The notes under the pieces are model-generated. The model worked only from the letters and a program-made list of their open reading frames with translations. It had not been told where the DNA came from and did not search any database. The position numbers were made by a program, and so were the translations under genes. A stretch of 64,000 bases of DNA from Bacilli bacterium. GTDB taxonomy: Bacteria > Bacillota_I > Bacilli_A > RF39 > UBA660. The stretch spans positions 149,360 through 213,359 of the forward strand of contig JAFWJA010000021.1 of NCBI GenBank assembly GCA_017511805.1, read 5' to 3'. Positions 18,012 to 29,106 of this stretch are shown piece after piece (position 1 is the first letter of the stretch; each line of letters begins with the position of its first letter).

Positions 18012-18051
18012 TTAATCTACTATTTTTTGATATAATTAAATGGGTGGTAAT

Positions 18052-20349
18052 ATGAAGCTTATTAATGGCAGTTTATATATAGTTCCAAATAATATAAGAA
18101 GAGATTTATTACTAGAATTATCAAAAGAAAATGAACTTAAAAATATTAAGTTTATGTCAATAAAAGAAGTAGTAGATAGATTTGGTTATTATGAAGAAGA
18201 TGCTTTATATTACTTAATGAAAAACTATAAATATAAATATAAAAACGCTAAAATAATATTAGAAAATATAAGATATGTTGATAATAAAAAGTATGATAAT
18301 AATAAGTTAGATAATCTTGTTAAAATTAAGAATGAATTAGATAAGTTTTATAAAGTAGATGAATTATTTTTAAAAGAACTAAATCATTATTCAGTATATG
18401 TATATGGGTATGATTATATAGATTCTTATTCTAGAAATATATTAGATAAAATAAACACTAATTATTTAAAACCAGAATCAAATGATTATAAACATACTAT
18501 ATATGAATTTGAAGATATGTTTAGTGAAGTTAGTTTTATCGCATCAAGTATAAGAGATTTATTAGATCAAGGAATAGATATAAATAAAATAAAAATAGTT
18601 AATTATAGTGATGAGTATTATTTTATAATGAATACTGTTTTTAATATGCATAATATTACTATTAATCTTAAAAATGAATCTATATATTCTACTAATATCT
18701 GTCAAAAATTCTTATCTGAAAAAGATTATGAATTAGGAAATGATTACATCAGTAATAAGATTATAAGTGTTATTAATAAGTACTTATTTATTGAAGATGA
18801 AGATATAAAAAGAGAAATATATATTAATGAATTTAAGAATATAAAACTAGATAAAAAGTATGAAAATGCTGTAGAACTAGTTAATTTAAGTGAAGTAAAA
18901 GAAGATGAATATGCATTTTTAATAGGATTTAATGACGGAGTAATACCTAGAATTTATAAAGATGAAGATTATTTAAGTGATAAAGAAAAAGAGATCATAG
19001 GTCTAGATAAATCGTATGAAATAACTAGTGAACTAAGATCTAGTACAGTAAGTAATATAAAATCTATTAAGAATATGGTTATTACTTATAAATTAAAGAG
19101 TACTTTTAATGATTATGGTATATCTAATTTAAATGAAGAATTAGGTTATGATATAGAAACTGGTTCTAAATATAACTATTCTTATTCAAATAGTTTTAAT
19201 AATTTATTACTAGGAATAGATATAGATAACTATATTAAGTATTTAGATTATAGTGATGAATTAGAACTATTATTTAATAATTATAAGAGTACTAATTATA
19301 ATACATTTAGTAATGAATATAAAAAGATATCTAAAGATAAATTATATGAGTATTTAAAGAATAAACTAACTTTATCTTATTCAAGTATGGATACTTTTTA
19401 TAAATGTAAGTTTAGATATTATTTAAATAGTATATTAAAACTAGATAAGTATGAAGAAACATTTGCGATTTATATTGGAAATCTTTTTCACTATGTCTTA
19501 TCTAAGGCTTTTGAACCTGGTTTTGATTTTGATAAAGAATATAATTCTTATATAGAAAGAGACCTAACTATTAAAGAAGAATTCTTTATAAATAAATTAA
19601 AAGATGAACTAGTTTTTATAATAGATACAATTAAGAAACAATATTCTCATTCTAATTTTAAGAATGCTTTATATGAGAATAAGTTCTCTATTAATAAAGA
19701 TAGCTCTATTAAAGTAGACTTTATTGGGTATATAGATAAGTTATTATATGAAGAATATAATGGTAAAACATTACTAGTAATAATAGATTATAAAACTGGT
19801 ACTCAAGACTTTAATCTTTGTAACAGTATCTATGGTCTTAATATGCAGCTTCCAGTATATTTATATTTATCTAAAAATGGTGATATAAAGAATGCTGAAG
19901 TAGTAGGTATGTATTTACAAAAGATACTTAATAATGAAATAAAAAAAGATCCTAAAAAGACATATACTAGATTAAAAGAAGAACAACTTAAATTAACAGG
20001 TTATTCTTTATATGATGAAGAATATTTAAATGAATTTGATGATTCATATGAACATAGTGAAGTAATTAAATCTTTATCTAAAACTAAAGATGGTTTTAGT
20101 AGTTATTCTAAATTACTAACAAAAGAACAAATGGATGAACTATATAAATTAACTGATAAAAAGATAGATAACGCAAGAGATGAGATATTAGATTGTAATT
20201 TTGATATAGATCCTAAAAGAATAGGATTTAATAATGTATCTTGTACTTATTGTAAGTATAAAGATATATGTTTTATGAAAGAAGATAATATTAAGATTTT
20301 AGATGAAGTAAAAGATTTAGACTTTTTAGGAGGTGATACTAATGCCTAA
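18052..20349 (+). CDS. addB: AddB/RexB-like PD-(D/E)XK nuclease subunit
   Basis: LSYSS...CKFRYY, GYIDK...IIDYKTG, QLPVY, CTYCKYKDIC (four Fe-S cysteines); directly upstream of the addA-like gene. Confidence 0.8.
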   Translation: MKLINGSLYIVPNNIRRDLLLELSKENELKNIKFMSIKEVVDRFGYYEEDALYYLMKNYKYKYKNAKIILENIRYVDNKKYDNNKLDNLVKIKNELDKFYKVDELFLKELNHYSVYVYGYDYIDSYSRNILDKINTNYLKPESNDYKHTIYEFEDMFSEVSFIASSIRDLLDQGIDINKIKIVNYSDEYYFIMNTVFNMHNITINLKNESIYSTNICQKFLSEKDYELGNDYISNKIISVINKYLFIEDEDIKREIYINEFKNIKLDKKYENAVELVNLSEVKEDEYAFLIGFNDGVIPRIYKDEDYLSDKEKEIIGLDKSYEITSELRSSTVSNIKSIKNMVITYKLKSTFNDYGISNLNEELGYDIETGSKYNYSYSNSFNNLLLGIDIDNYIKYLDYSDELELLFNNYKSTNYNTFSNEYKKISKDKLYEYLKNKLTLSYSSMDTFYKCKFRYYLNSILKLDKYEETFAIYIGNLFHYVLSKAFEPGFDFDKEYNSYIERDLTIKEEFFINKLKDELVFIIDTIKKQYSHSNFKNALYENKFSINKDSSIKVDFIGYIDKLLYEEYNGKTLLVIIDYKTGTQDFNLCNSIYGLNMQLPVYLYLSKNGDIKNAEVVGMYLQKILNNEIKKDPKKTYTRLKEEQLKLTGYSLYDEEYLNEFDDSYEHSEVIKSLSKTKDGFSSYSKLLTKEQMDELYKLTDKKIDNARDEILDCNFDIDPKRIGFNNVSCTYCKYKDICFMKEDNIKILDEVKDLDFLGGDTNA

Positions 20350-23300
20350 TTGGACTAATGATCAAAGAAAAGCTATTGATTTAGATAACTCTAATATAAT
20401 AGTTTCAGCTGGCGCAGGTTCAGGTAAGACAGAAGTATTATCTGAAAGAGTAATTAGAAAGCTTAAGTCTGGTGTTCATATAAATGAACTACTTATTCTA
20501 ACATTTACTAATGCTGCCGCAAGAGGTATGAAAAATAGAATAAGAAAAAAGATTAAAAAAGAGAACTTACTAGAGGAATTAAAATATATAGATACAGCAT
20601 ATATAACTACATTTGATAGTTATGCTTTATCTTTATTAAAAAAGTATCACTATATACTTAATGTAGATAAGAATTTAAAAATTGCGGATTCAGATATTAT
20701 TAATTATAAAAAAGAAGAAATACTAGATGAACTATTTGATTCATATTATGAATCAAATAATAAAGAGTTTATAAAATTAATCAGTGATTTTTGCACAAAA
20801 GATGATACTGAAATTAAAAAAGCAGTTCTTAATATTTCAAATAAATTAGATCTAAATATAGATTTAGATAATTATTTAGATTCTTATATGGATAATTATT
20901 TTAGTGATAATTATTTAGATAGTGTAATAGATAAATTACTAGATAATATAAAGGGTAAAATAGAGGTAATTAAGGACTTAATAAATAGTTTATCTTATTA
21001 TGTGGATTCTAAGTATTTAGAGAAGATTAATTCATCAGTATCAATGTTATTAATTAGTTCTAGTTATGAAGATATAAAGAATAATTCTAATGTATCATTA
21101 CCAAGATTAGTAACAGATTATGAAGAAGCTAAAATATATAAACAAGCTATTAAAGAAGAAATAGATGGTATAAAGGCACTATGTAGTTATGAAAATACTG
21201 GTGAAATAAAAAATGAAATACTTAAGGCCAAAGACTATGTATCAGGAATTATAACTATTGTTAGAGATTTAAATACTAGATTAAATAAATTTAAATTTGA
21301 AAATGATATATATGAATTTAGTGATGTAGCTAAGTTATCTATCAAGTTACTTAAAGAACATGAAGATATTAGAGAAGAAATAAAGAATAGTTTAAATGAA
21401 ATAATGGTAGATGAATATCAAGATACTAATGATATACAAGAAGAATTTATATCATTAATATCTGATAATAATGTTTATATGGTTGGAGATATAAAACAAT
21501 CTATTTATAGATTTAGAAACGCTAATCCATATATATTTAAGAATAAATATGATAGATATAAAAATAATGATGGTGGAATAAAAATAGATTTAAAAGAGAA
21601 CTTTAGATCAAGAGAAGAAACAGTTAAAAATATAAATAAAGTATTTGATTTAATAATGGATGATATTATAGGAGGAGCGGATTATAAATATTCACATGAA
21701 ATGGTATTTGGTAATAAGTCCTATAACGAAGAAGGTAAAGTAGATCAAAACAGTAATTTTGAAATATATGATTATGACTATGATAAAGAATCGGGTTTTA
21801 CTAAAGAAGAATACGAAATATTTATTATCGCAAATGATATAAAAGAAAAGATTAATAATAAATATAAAGTATTTGATAGAGATCTAGGGGGAGTAAGACC
21901 TTGTGAATATAAAGACTTTGTTATATTACTAGATAGATCTAATAGCTTTAATCTATATAAAAAGATATTTGAATACAATAATATTCCGTTATCTATATTA
22001 AAAGATGAAAAACTAAATGATGAAGTAATCCTTTTACTTATAAAGAACTTCTTTATAACAATTAGTAAGATTAATAAAAATGAAATAGATAATGATTTTA
22101 AACATGCATTTGTATCAATACTAAGATCATTTATATTTGAGTATACTGATCAAGAGATATTTGATTTATTCTTAAATAACTCATTTAGACAAAATGATAT
22201 ATTTAAAAAACTTAAATCTATTGATATAGATAGTATGACTTCAAAAGACCTAATTACTTATATAATTGAGAAATTTAATATAATTGAATCACTTGTTAAG
22301 ATAGGTAATGTAGAGAATTCTATGGCTACAATAGAGTACTTATATAATTATATAGATACTAAAGAAGAACTAGGTTTTACAATAGATGATTTTTCTAATT
22401 ATTTAGAAGATATAATAGAAAATAATTATGAAATAAAATATAGTAATAATAAAACTATAGAGAACGCAGTTAAGATTATGACTATACATAAATCTAAGGG
22501 TCTAGAATATAGTATTTGTTATTATGGGAGTCTTTATAATAAGTTTAATTTAAGAGATACACAAGATAGATTTTTATATGATAATAACTATGGAATAATA
22601 ACACCTTATTTTGATGAAGGAATTAGTGATACTATATATAAATATCTTATAAAAGAAGAAACTATCAAAGAAGAAATATCTGAAAAAATAAGATTATTTT
22701 ATGTAGCACTTACTAGAGCAAAAGAAAAGATGATATTACTAGGAGATCTAGATAAAGAAATATATAGTAGTAAAGATAGTAATGGTGTTATAGATAACGT
22801 TACTAGATCAAATTATAGATCATTTTTAGATATGATATTATCGGTACAAAAAGAATTAAAAGAATATATTACTAATATAGAAAATGTTTCTATGACTAAA
22901 GATTATGAAAAGAATAGAAACATAAATTTATCTGATATTGTTAAAGAAAATAGTACTAAGATTAAAGTAAATGAAATATCTAAGAATAAAGTATTAGTAG
23001 AAGAAAATAAATACTCTAAAACTCAAAATAAGATTCTAACAATAGAAGAAATTAACAATATGAAATATGGTACTGATATCCATCATATATTTGAAGTAGA
23101 GGACTTTGAAGCTACTACTAATGAAAAAGTTAAAAAGTTCCTTGAAGTATATAATAAAAAGCCAGGTAAGACATATAAAGAATATGAATTTGCATACGAA
23201 AAAGATGGAAAATTTTATCATGGAATTATAGATTTAATGTTTGAATATGAGTCATTTATTGATATAATAGATTATAAGCTTAGTGATATAGAAGATGAAG

Positions 23301-23410
23301 CATATATTAAGCAATTAAATGGCTATAAAGAGTATATAAATAATAAAACTAATAAAGAAGTTAATATATATTTATATTCGATTTTAAATAATGAATTAAA
23401 GAAAATCTAA
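20342..23410 (+). CDS. addA: AddA/RexA-like helicase-nuclease
   Basis: WTNDQ, VSAGAGSGKT, VDEYQDTN, GDIKQSIYRFR, MTIHKSKGLE, YVALTRAKE, C-terminal GIIDL...IIDYK. Confidence 0.9.
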   Translation: MPNWTNDQRKAIDLDNSNIIVSAGAGSGKTEVLSERVIRKLKSGVHINELLILTFTNAAARGMKNRIRKKIKKENLLEELKYIDTAYITTFDSYALSLLKKYHYILNVDKNLKIADSDIINYKKEEILDELFDSYYESNNKEFIKLISDFCTKDDTEIKKAVLNISNKLDLNIDLDNYLDSYMDNYFSDNYLDSVIDKLLDNIKGKIEVIKDLINSLSYYVDSKYLEKINSSVSMLLISSSYEDIKNNSNVSLPRLVTDYEEAKIYKQAIKEEIDGIKALCSYENTGEIKNEILKAKDYVSGIITIVRDLNTRLNKFKFENDIYEFSDVAKLSIKLLKEHEDIREEIKNSLNEIMVDEYQDTNDIQEEFISLISDNNVYMVGDIKQSIYRFRNANPYIFKNKYDRYKNNDGGIKIDLKENFRSREETVKNINKVFDLIMDDIIGGADYKYSHEMVFGNKSYNEEGKVDQNSNFEIYDYDYDKESGFTKEEYEIFIIANDIKEKINNKYKVFDRDLGGVRPCEYKDFVILLDRSNSFNLYKKIFEYNNIPLSILKDEKLNDEVILLLIKNFFITISKINKNEIDNDFKHAFVSILRSFIFEYTDQEIFDLFLNNSFRQNDIFKKLKSIDIDSMTSKDLITYIIEKFNIIESLVKIGNVENSMATIEYLYNYIDTKEELGFTIDDFSNYLEDIIENNYEIKYSNNKTIENAVKIMTIHKSKGLEYSICYYGSLYNKFNLRDTQDRFLYDNNYGIITPYFDEGISDTIYKYLIKEETIKEEISEKIRLFYVALTRAKEKMILLGDLDKEIYSSKDSNGVIDNVTRSNYRSFLDMILSVQKELKEYITNIENVSMTKDYEKNRNINLSDIVKENSTKIKVNEISKNKVLVEENKYSKTQNKILTIEEINNMKYGTDIHHIFEVEDFEATTNEKVKKFLEVYNKKPGKTYKEYEFAYEKDGKFYHGIIDLMFEYESFIDIIDYKLSDIEDEAYIKQLNGYKEYINNKTNKEVNIYLYSILNNELKKI

Positions 23411-23422
23411 TAGGAGGTAAAT

Positions 23423-24568
23423 ATGGCTGGAATTAAAAAAGAAGAATCTAAGACAGAAGAAAAAGTTACAGAAGTAAAACAACCTAGAGTTAAAAAGAAT
23501 TCAACTGCGATAGATAGTAGATGTCCAGGTTGTGGGTCAAAATTAACATTTGATCCTAAAAAAGGTAAATGGACTTGTAAGTATTGTAATAGTGAATATA
23601 CTATTGAAGAACTAGAAACTAAGTATAAGTCAGCTGCTTCTAAAGAAAAAAATGAACATAAACATTTAGAAGAAGATGAAGGTAACTATTTTGAATATAA
23701 TTGTCCAGATTGTGGAGCAATAATAGTTGCGGATGAACAAACTAGTGCGACTTTCTGTGTATACTGTGGAAATACTGCAATCTTAAAAAATAAATTAGCT
23801 GGTAAATTTCATCCTACATATATAATTCCATTTAAGACTGATGTTGAAGAAGCTAAAAAAGCATTTAAGAATATCAGTAAAGGAAGAATGTTTGTACCAA
23901 AGGACTTTAATAATGAAGAAAATATAGAAAAAATAAGAGGAATATATATTCCATTCTGGCTATATAACATTATGTATACTGGAGATATAGTTGCTAGAGG
24001 TGATGATGTTACTCACTGGACAGTAGGTAGAACTCATTATACAAAAACAGATACATATGAAATGCAAAGAAAAGCTAATATGACATTTGAAAAAGTTCCA
24101 GTAGATGGAAGTTCTAGATTTGATAACGATTTAATGAATTCAATTGAACCATTTGATTATGAAGGTTTAGTTGATTATAACCATGCATATTTATCAGGAT
24201 TCCTTGCAGAAAAATATGATATAGATGAACAAGATAGTTATGATGATGCTCAAAAAAGAGTAGTTAATTCTGGTGAAAAAGAAATATTAGCTACTTGTCA
24301 TCATGGAGTACCTAGAATTATTCATAATGAACATAATAATATAGTTAGAGATTTCTACTATGTATTACTACCAGTTTATATGGTTAATGTTAAATATATG
24401 GATAAATATTATACATTTGCAATGAATGGTCAAACAGGTAAATTTGTTGGTAATATACCTTTAAATAAAGCTAAAGTAGTAATAGTATCTATTATTACAT
24501 TCTTAATTAGTTTTGGTTTAATAGAATTAGTTATTTATTTGGCTTATATATGGGGAGGTAACAAATGA
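23423..24568 (+). CDS. Double Zn-ribbon protein with C-terminal transmembrane helix
   Basis: CPGCG..CKYC, CPDCG..CVYCG, YIPFW, NGQTGK, hydrophobic C-terminus. Confidence 0.8.
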   Translation: MAGIKKEESKTEEKVTEVKQPRVKKNSTAIDSRCPGCGSKLTFDPKKGKWTCKYCNSEYTIEELETKYKSAASKEKNEHKHLEEDEGNYFEYNCPDCGAIIVADEQTSATFCVYCGNTAILKNKLAGKFHPTYIIPFKTDVEEAKKAFKNISKGRMFVPKDFNNEENIEKIRGIYIPFWLYNIMYTGDIVARGDDVTHWTVGRTHYTKTDTYEMQRKANMTFEKVPVDGSSRFDNDLMNSIEPFDYEGLVDYNHAYLSGFLAEKYDIDEQDSYDDAQKRVVNSGEKEILATCHHGVPRIIHNEHNNIVRDFYYVLLPVYMVNVKYMDKYYTFAMNGQTGKFVGNIPLNKAKVVIVSIITFLISFGLIELVIYLAYIWGGNK

Positions 24569-25482
24569 GAAAGATAAGATTAATACTTATAACACTTTGT
24601 CTATTGTTACTACCTATAACTGTAACAAAAGCAGAAGTTGTTACTAAAGAAAGAACTGCAGAGAATAACTATGGTGTTAGTAAAAAATGGGATATGACTC
24701 AAGAAAGTATAGAATATGCTAAAAAGACACCATATGTAGATGCTAGTAAAAAAATATATGATTTTTCAGACATATTAACTGATGAAGAAGAGCAAGAATT
24801 ATATAATAGAATAATGCCATTAATTAAAGAATATAATATGGAAATAATAATACTTACTTATAATTATCCATATTCTAAAGATTCAGATAATTCATATTTT
24901 GTATCAGATTTCTATGACTTCAATGATTTTGGTTTAGATTTTGAAAAATATGATGGTGTAGTATTATTTAGAAATACTTATTCATTAGATCCATATTATG
25001 ATATGTTATCTTTTGGAGATGCACAGCTTCAATACTATGATACAAGAATGTCTTCAATATTAGATGCATTATATAATGATATACACGCAGGAAGATATTT
25101 AGCTGGATTTAATAAATGGTTAGATAAAGTTGAGTACTATCATTCACAATCAGGATTAGATAATTATACTGTAGATGATATGGGATACTTAAGAAAAAAA
25201 TTTAGTCCACATTTTGGAATATGTGCTGTTATAGCGGGTATAATTACTTTAATATTTGTAATGGTTAATGTTAAAAAGAATAAAATGGTTAAGACTGCTA
25301 CTCAAGCAGCAGCTTATCTAAATCAAGAAACATTTAAACTATTAGAAAAGAATGATAGGTTAATATCATCACATGTTACATCTTATACAGAATCAAGTTC
25401 ATCATCTGGAGGAGGAGGTCATTCATCATTTGGAGGTCACTCTGGAGGAGGATTCTCATCTGGTGGAGGAAGACACGGATAA
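24565..25482 (+). CDS. TPM-domain membrane protein with Gly/Ser-rich tail
   Basis: Signal peptide, IYDFSDILTDEEE, DGVVL, TM helix, SSSSGGGG...GGGRHG tail. Confidence 0.8.
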   Translation: MRKIRLILITLCLLLLPITVTKAEVVTKERTAENNYGVSKKWDMTQESIEYAKKTPYVDASKKIYDFSDILTDEEEQELYNRIMPLIKEYNMEIIILTYNYPYSKDSDNSYFVSDFYDFNDFGLDFEKYDGVVLFRNTYSLDPYYDMLSFGDAQLQYYDTRMSSILDALYNDIHAGRYLAGFNKWLDKVEYYHSQSGLDNYTVDDMGYLRKKFSPHFGICAVIAGIITLIFVMVNVKKNKMVKTATQAAAYLNQETFKLLEKNDRLISSHVTSYTESSSSSGGGGHSSFGGHSGGGFSSGGGRHG

Positions 25483-25486
25483 GATA

Positions 25487-25515
25487 TTGACATATCAATA
25501 AATTTGGTATAAAAT
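25487..25515 (+). promoter_or_regulatory. sigmaA promoter of the CYTH-gltX operon
   Basis: TTGACA-N17-TAAAAT. Confidence 0.8.
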
Positions 25516-25524
25516 CTTAGTAAA

Positions 25525-25720
25525 TTGAGTGAGAGAAGAGTAAAATAATTAAATTATTGTAGAGAGTCTAGGTTAGGTGAAACTAGATATAATTATTATT
25601 TGAAGAAACTATCACATATCAATAATCGTTAATTACGTTATAATTAAAAGAGCATAGTGTTTCTATGAAGTAAGGTGGTACCGCTAGAGATAGTCCTTAC
25701 ATCATAGGGACTTTTTTTAT
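25525..25720 (+). ncRNA. T-box leader, Glu specifier (GAA)
   Basis: AGAGA..GGTGAAA stem I apex, GAA at about 25605, AAGGTGGTACCGC T-box at 25672, terminator agtcct..gggacttttttt; upstream of gltX. Confidence 0.9.
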
Positions 25721-25735
25721 TTAAAGGAGGGGAAT

Positions 25736-26278
25736 ATGCATACTGAAATAGAAGAAAGAGTCTTAGAAATTGATAAAGATAAAGTAATCAAGAAACTAGA
25801 AGAATTAGGAGCTACAAAAGCAGGAGAATGGTTTCAAAAAAGATTTACTTATGACTTTAGTCCTAAAAGAGAAGGTCAGTGGATAAGACTCAGAACTAAT
25901 GGAGAAGAAACTACATTAACATATAAAAATGTAGAATCAAATGCAATTGATGGAACTAAGGAACTTGAAATAGTGGTATCTAGTTTTGAAGAAACAAATG
26001 AGATGCTTGAAGTATTAGGGTATAAGCATAAGAACTATCAAGAAAATAAAAGAATAAGATATTATCTTAATGATGTAGAAATAGATATAGATACATGGCC
26101 AATGATTCCAACATATATGGAATTTGAAGCAGATTCTATAGAAAAGATAAAAGAAGTGGAAGAACTTTTAGAAGTAGATAAGAGTAAATTAACTACATTA
26201 TTTTGTGATGATATAGCTACAGAAATCTATGGAATAGATATAAATAGTGTTAAAGAATTAAAATTTGAGGAGGAATAA
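25736..26278 (+). CDS. CYTH-domain (class IV adenylate cyclase-like / triphosphate tunnel) protein
   Basis: EIEER, WIRLRT, LTYK, KELE, ENKR, EIDID, YMEFE. Confidence 0.85.
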   Translation: MHTEIEERVLEIDKDKVIKKLEELGATKAGEWFQKRFTYDFSPKREGQWIRLRTNGEETTLTYKNVESNAIDGTKELEIVVSSFEETNEMLEVLGYKHKNYQENKRIRYYLNDVEIDIDTWPMIPTYMEFEADSIEKIKEVEELLEVDKSKLTTLFCDDIATEIYGIDINSVKELKFEEE

Positions 26279-26280
26279 AA

Positions 26281-27939
26281 ATGACTAATAAAGAATATGC
26301 AGATTTACTTTTACCAGGGGTAAAACATACATGGGAAGAATATGAAAAAATGTATCCAGAAAGAGATTTACCAGAAGGAGCAATGGTAACAAGATACGCA
26401 CCATCTCCAACAGGATTTGTACATATAGGAGCATTAGAATCATCATTTTTAGATAAGAGATTTGCTAAACAATCTGGAGGTATTTGTTATTTAAGAATTG
26501 AGGATACAGATCAAGAAAGAAGTATAGAAAATGGTATATCTCAAATAATAGATAGTTTAAAATCATTTAATATTACTTTTGATGAAGGACCTATATCTGA
26601 AACAGAAGAAAAAGGTAATTATGGACCATATATCCAAACTAAAAGAGCGGATATCTATAGAGCATATGCTAAAAGATTAATCGAAGAAGATAAAGCTTAT
26701 GCATCATTCTTATCTAAAGAAGAACTTGATGAAATAAGAGAACAACAAATGAAATCTAAACAAAGAATAGGTATATATGGTAGATATGCTAAAGATAGAA
26801 ATTTATCTAAAGAAGAAGTATTAGATAGAATTAATAAAGGAGAAAAATTCATAATAAGAATTAAATCTCCAGGTAGTTTCTTTAATAAGATAAAAGTAAA
26901 TGACTTAGTTAAAGGTACTATGGAAATGCCTGAAAATGATATAGATGAAGTAATTATCAAGAGTGATGGAATACCTACATATCATTTTGCATCAGTAATA
27001 GATGATCATTTAATGCATACAACGCATGTTATAAGAGGAGATGAATGGATTTCATCTTTACCTAAACATATTCAATTTAATGAAATGTTAGGATTTAAAG
27101 CACCTAAGTATGTACATTATGCACCACTTACTAAAAATGATAATGGTACTATTAGAAAACTAAGTAAAAGAAAAGATCCAGAAGCTGCAGTTAGCTATTT
27201 TACAGAAGCTGGAGTACCAAAAGAAGCAATTATGCTTTATCTAGCAACAGTTTGTAATTCAAACTTTGAAGGATGGTTAGATCAAAATCCAAATGGTAAT
27301 ATTGATGACTTTAAATTTGATTTTAAAAAGATTCCATCATCTTCAGGTACTTTATTTGATTTACCTAAACTATATAATATATCTAAAAACTTTATTAGTA
27401 GATTAACTAAAGATGAAGTATATGATAGAACAATTGAATACGCAACTAAGTATGATGAAGAATTTAAAGAAATTTTAGAAAAGTATCCAGATTATTCAAA
27501 AGATATTTTTAATATAGAAAGAGAACAAAAGAAACCTAGAAAAGATTATGAAAAGTTCTCTGATGTTAAAGGACAAGTTTGGTATATGTATGATGAGTTA
27601 TTTGATAAATATAAAGATGAATATGGATATGATTATCAGGGTGTTACTGATAAAGAAGAAATTAAGAACATTATTAATACATACATAGATAAGTATTATG
27701 ATGTAAAAGATGATAAAGATACTTGGTTTAACAAGATAAAAGATTTAAGTGATGAACTAGGTTATGCTTCTAATATGAAAGATTATAAAGAAAATCCGGA
27801 TAACTATAAAGGTTCTGTCGCAGATGTTTCCACAGTAATAAGAGTTAGTCTTACTACTAGAAGTCAAACACCTGATTTATATGACATACTTAGATTACTT
27901 GGTAAAGAAAGAATTAAAGAAAGATTTAATTTAATATAA
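26281..27939 (+). CDS. gltX: Glutamate--tRNA ligase
   Basis: TRYAPSPTGFVHIG, LRIEDTD, THVIRGDEW, KLSKRK; Glu T-box upstream. Confidence 0.96.
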   Translation: MTNKEYADLLLPGVKHTWEEYEKMYPERDLPEGAMVTRYAPSPTGFVHIGALESSFLDKRFAKQSGGICYLRIEDTDQERSIENGISQIIDSLKSFNITFDEGPISETEEKGNYGPYIQTKRADIYRAYAKRLIEEDKAYASFLSKEELDEIREQQMKSKQRIGIYGRYAKDRNLSKEEVLDRINKGEKFIIRIKSPGSFFNKIKVNDLVKGTMEMPENDIDEVIIKSDGIPTYHFASVIDDHLMHTTHVIRGDEWISSLPKHIQFNEMLGFKAPKYVHYAPLTKNDNGTIRKLSKRKDPEAAVSYFTEAGVPKEAIMLYLATVCNSNFEGWLDQNPNGNIDDFKFDFKKIPSSSGTLFDLPKLYNISKNFISRLTKDEVYDRTIEYATKYDEEFKEILEKYPDYSKDIFNIEREQKKPRKDYEKFSDVKGQVWYMYDELFDKYKDEYGYDYQGVTDKEEIKNIINTYIDKYYDVKDDKDTWFNKIKDLSDELGYASNMKDYKENPDNYKGSVADVSTVIRVSLTTRSQTPDLYDILRLLGKERIKERFNLI

Positions 27940-27982
27940 TTAAATCTTTTTTTATGTTATAATTAAATTAGAGGGTGATAGG

Positions 27983-28510
27983 ATGAAGGAAATAGTATTT
28001 AACAAGTCAAGATTAAAAGAAGATGAAATTACTGAAGTATTAGAAAAATCTAGAATAGTACTTAGAAATAGTGATAATGAAATAGTTCTAACTAGATTTG
28101 GTAGAGTATACTTTTTACCTGGTGGAAAAATAGAAAAGGGAGAAACACCAGTAGATACTATTAAAAGAGAAGTAATGGAAGAAACTAATATAAATATATT
28201 ATTAGATGATGTAGAACCATTTTTAGTAGTTAAAAACTATTTAAGAGATTATGAAACTCATGAAGGAACAATAGTTAATAGATTATTAATAACATATTAT
28301 TTTACTGGTTTTACTACAGATGATAATATTGAATATTTTAATTTAACTAAAGTAGAAAAAGAAGATAATTTAAGAGGATTCTTTATTGATATGGAAGAAG
28401 TAGATGAATTATTATCTGATTATAATAAAGAAGATCCAAGAGCAACTTATTTAGCTAAAGAAACATTAGAAGTATTAGAAGAATATAAAAAAAAGGATGA
28501 TATACAATAG
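27983..28510 (+). CDS. NUDIX hydrolase
   Basis: LPGGKIEKGETPVDTIKREVMEET Nudix box. Confidence 0.88.
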   Translation: MKEIVFNKSRLKEDEITEVLEKSRIVLRNSDNEIVLTRFGRVYFLPGGKIEKGETPVDTIKREVMEETNINILLDDVEPFLVVKNYLRDYETHEGTIVNRLLITYYFTGFTTDDNIEYFNLTKVEKEDNLRGFFIDMEEVDELLSDYNKEDPRATYLAKETLEVLEEYKKKDDIQ

Positions 28511-28574
28511 CATCCTTTTTTGTTGAAAAAAGTCATTAATATGATATAATAAGAATAAGAAAAGAGGGATTTAT

Positions 28575-29048
28575 ATGGCAGGAAAACAATATACACTAAA
28601 TGAAGTATATGAACTAGTTCATAATTTTTTAAAAAAGTATCCATCAACAATAGCATGGAGAATTAGACAACACTGTAAAGTGTTAACAAAACATCTTAAT
28701 AAAGATGAAAAGATCATTTATGTTTTTCCAGCACAAAGAAATACAAATCCATTTAATGTTTTTGCAACTTGTATAATTGCTTTTACGAATAAAAGAATTA
28801 TAATCGCTCAAAAAAGAGTATTATGGGGTTATACTTTTGTATCAGTTACACCTGATATGTTTAATGACTTTGAAGTTTATAAAGGTATGATATTTGGTAG
28901 ACTTGATATAGATACTATTAAAGAAGTAATAAGATTATCTGATATTTCTCCTAAAGCATTAGTAGAAATAGAAACTAATTTATCTGAATATCTATTAAAA
29001 GTTAAACCTAAGTTTATTAAAAATAAAGAAAAAGAGGCTAAAGAATAG
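28575..29048 (+). CDS. Bacterial PH-domain protein
   Basis: HLNKDEKIIY...IIAFTNKRIII...GMIFGRLDI pattern. Confidence 0.65.
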   Translation: MAGKQYTLNEVYELVHNFLKKYPSTIAWRIRQHCKVLTKHLNKDEKIIYVFPAQRNTNPFNVFATCIIAFTNKRIIIAQKRVLWGYTFVSVTPDMFNDFEVYKGMIFGRLDIDTIKEVIRLSDISPKALVEIETNLSEYLLKVKPKFIKNKEKEAKE

Positions 29049-29106
29049 TTTTTTGAATATTATATATTGTATTCAAAATAATAATTTGTTATAATTAAAC
29101 ACGGAC

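Noticed and set aside
18052-20349. Cas4-like reading of the PD-(D/E)XK plus four-Cys nuclease
   Set aside because: Length and coupling to an AddA-like helicase indicate AddB.
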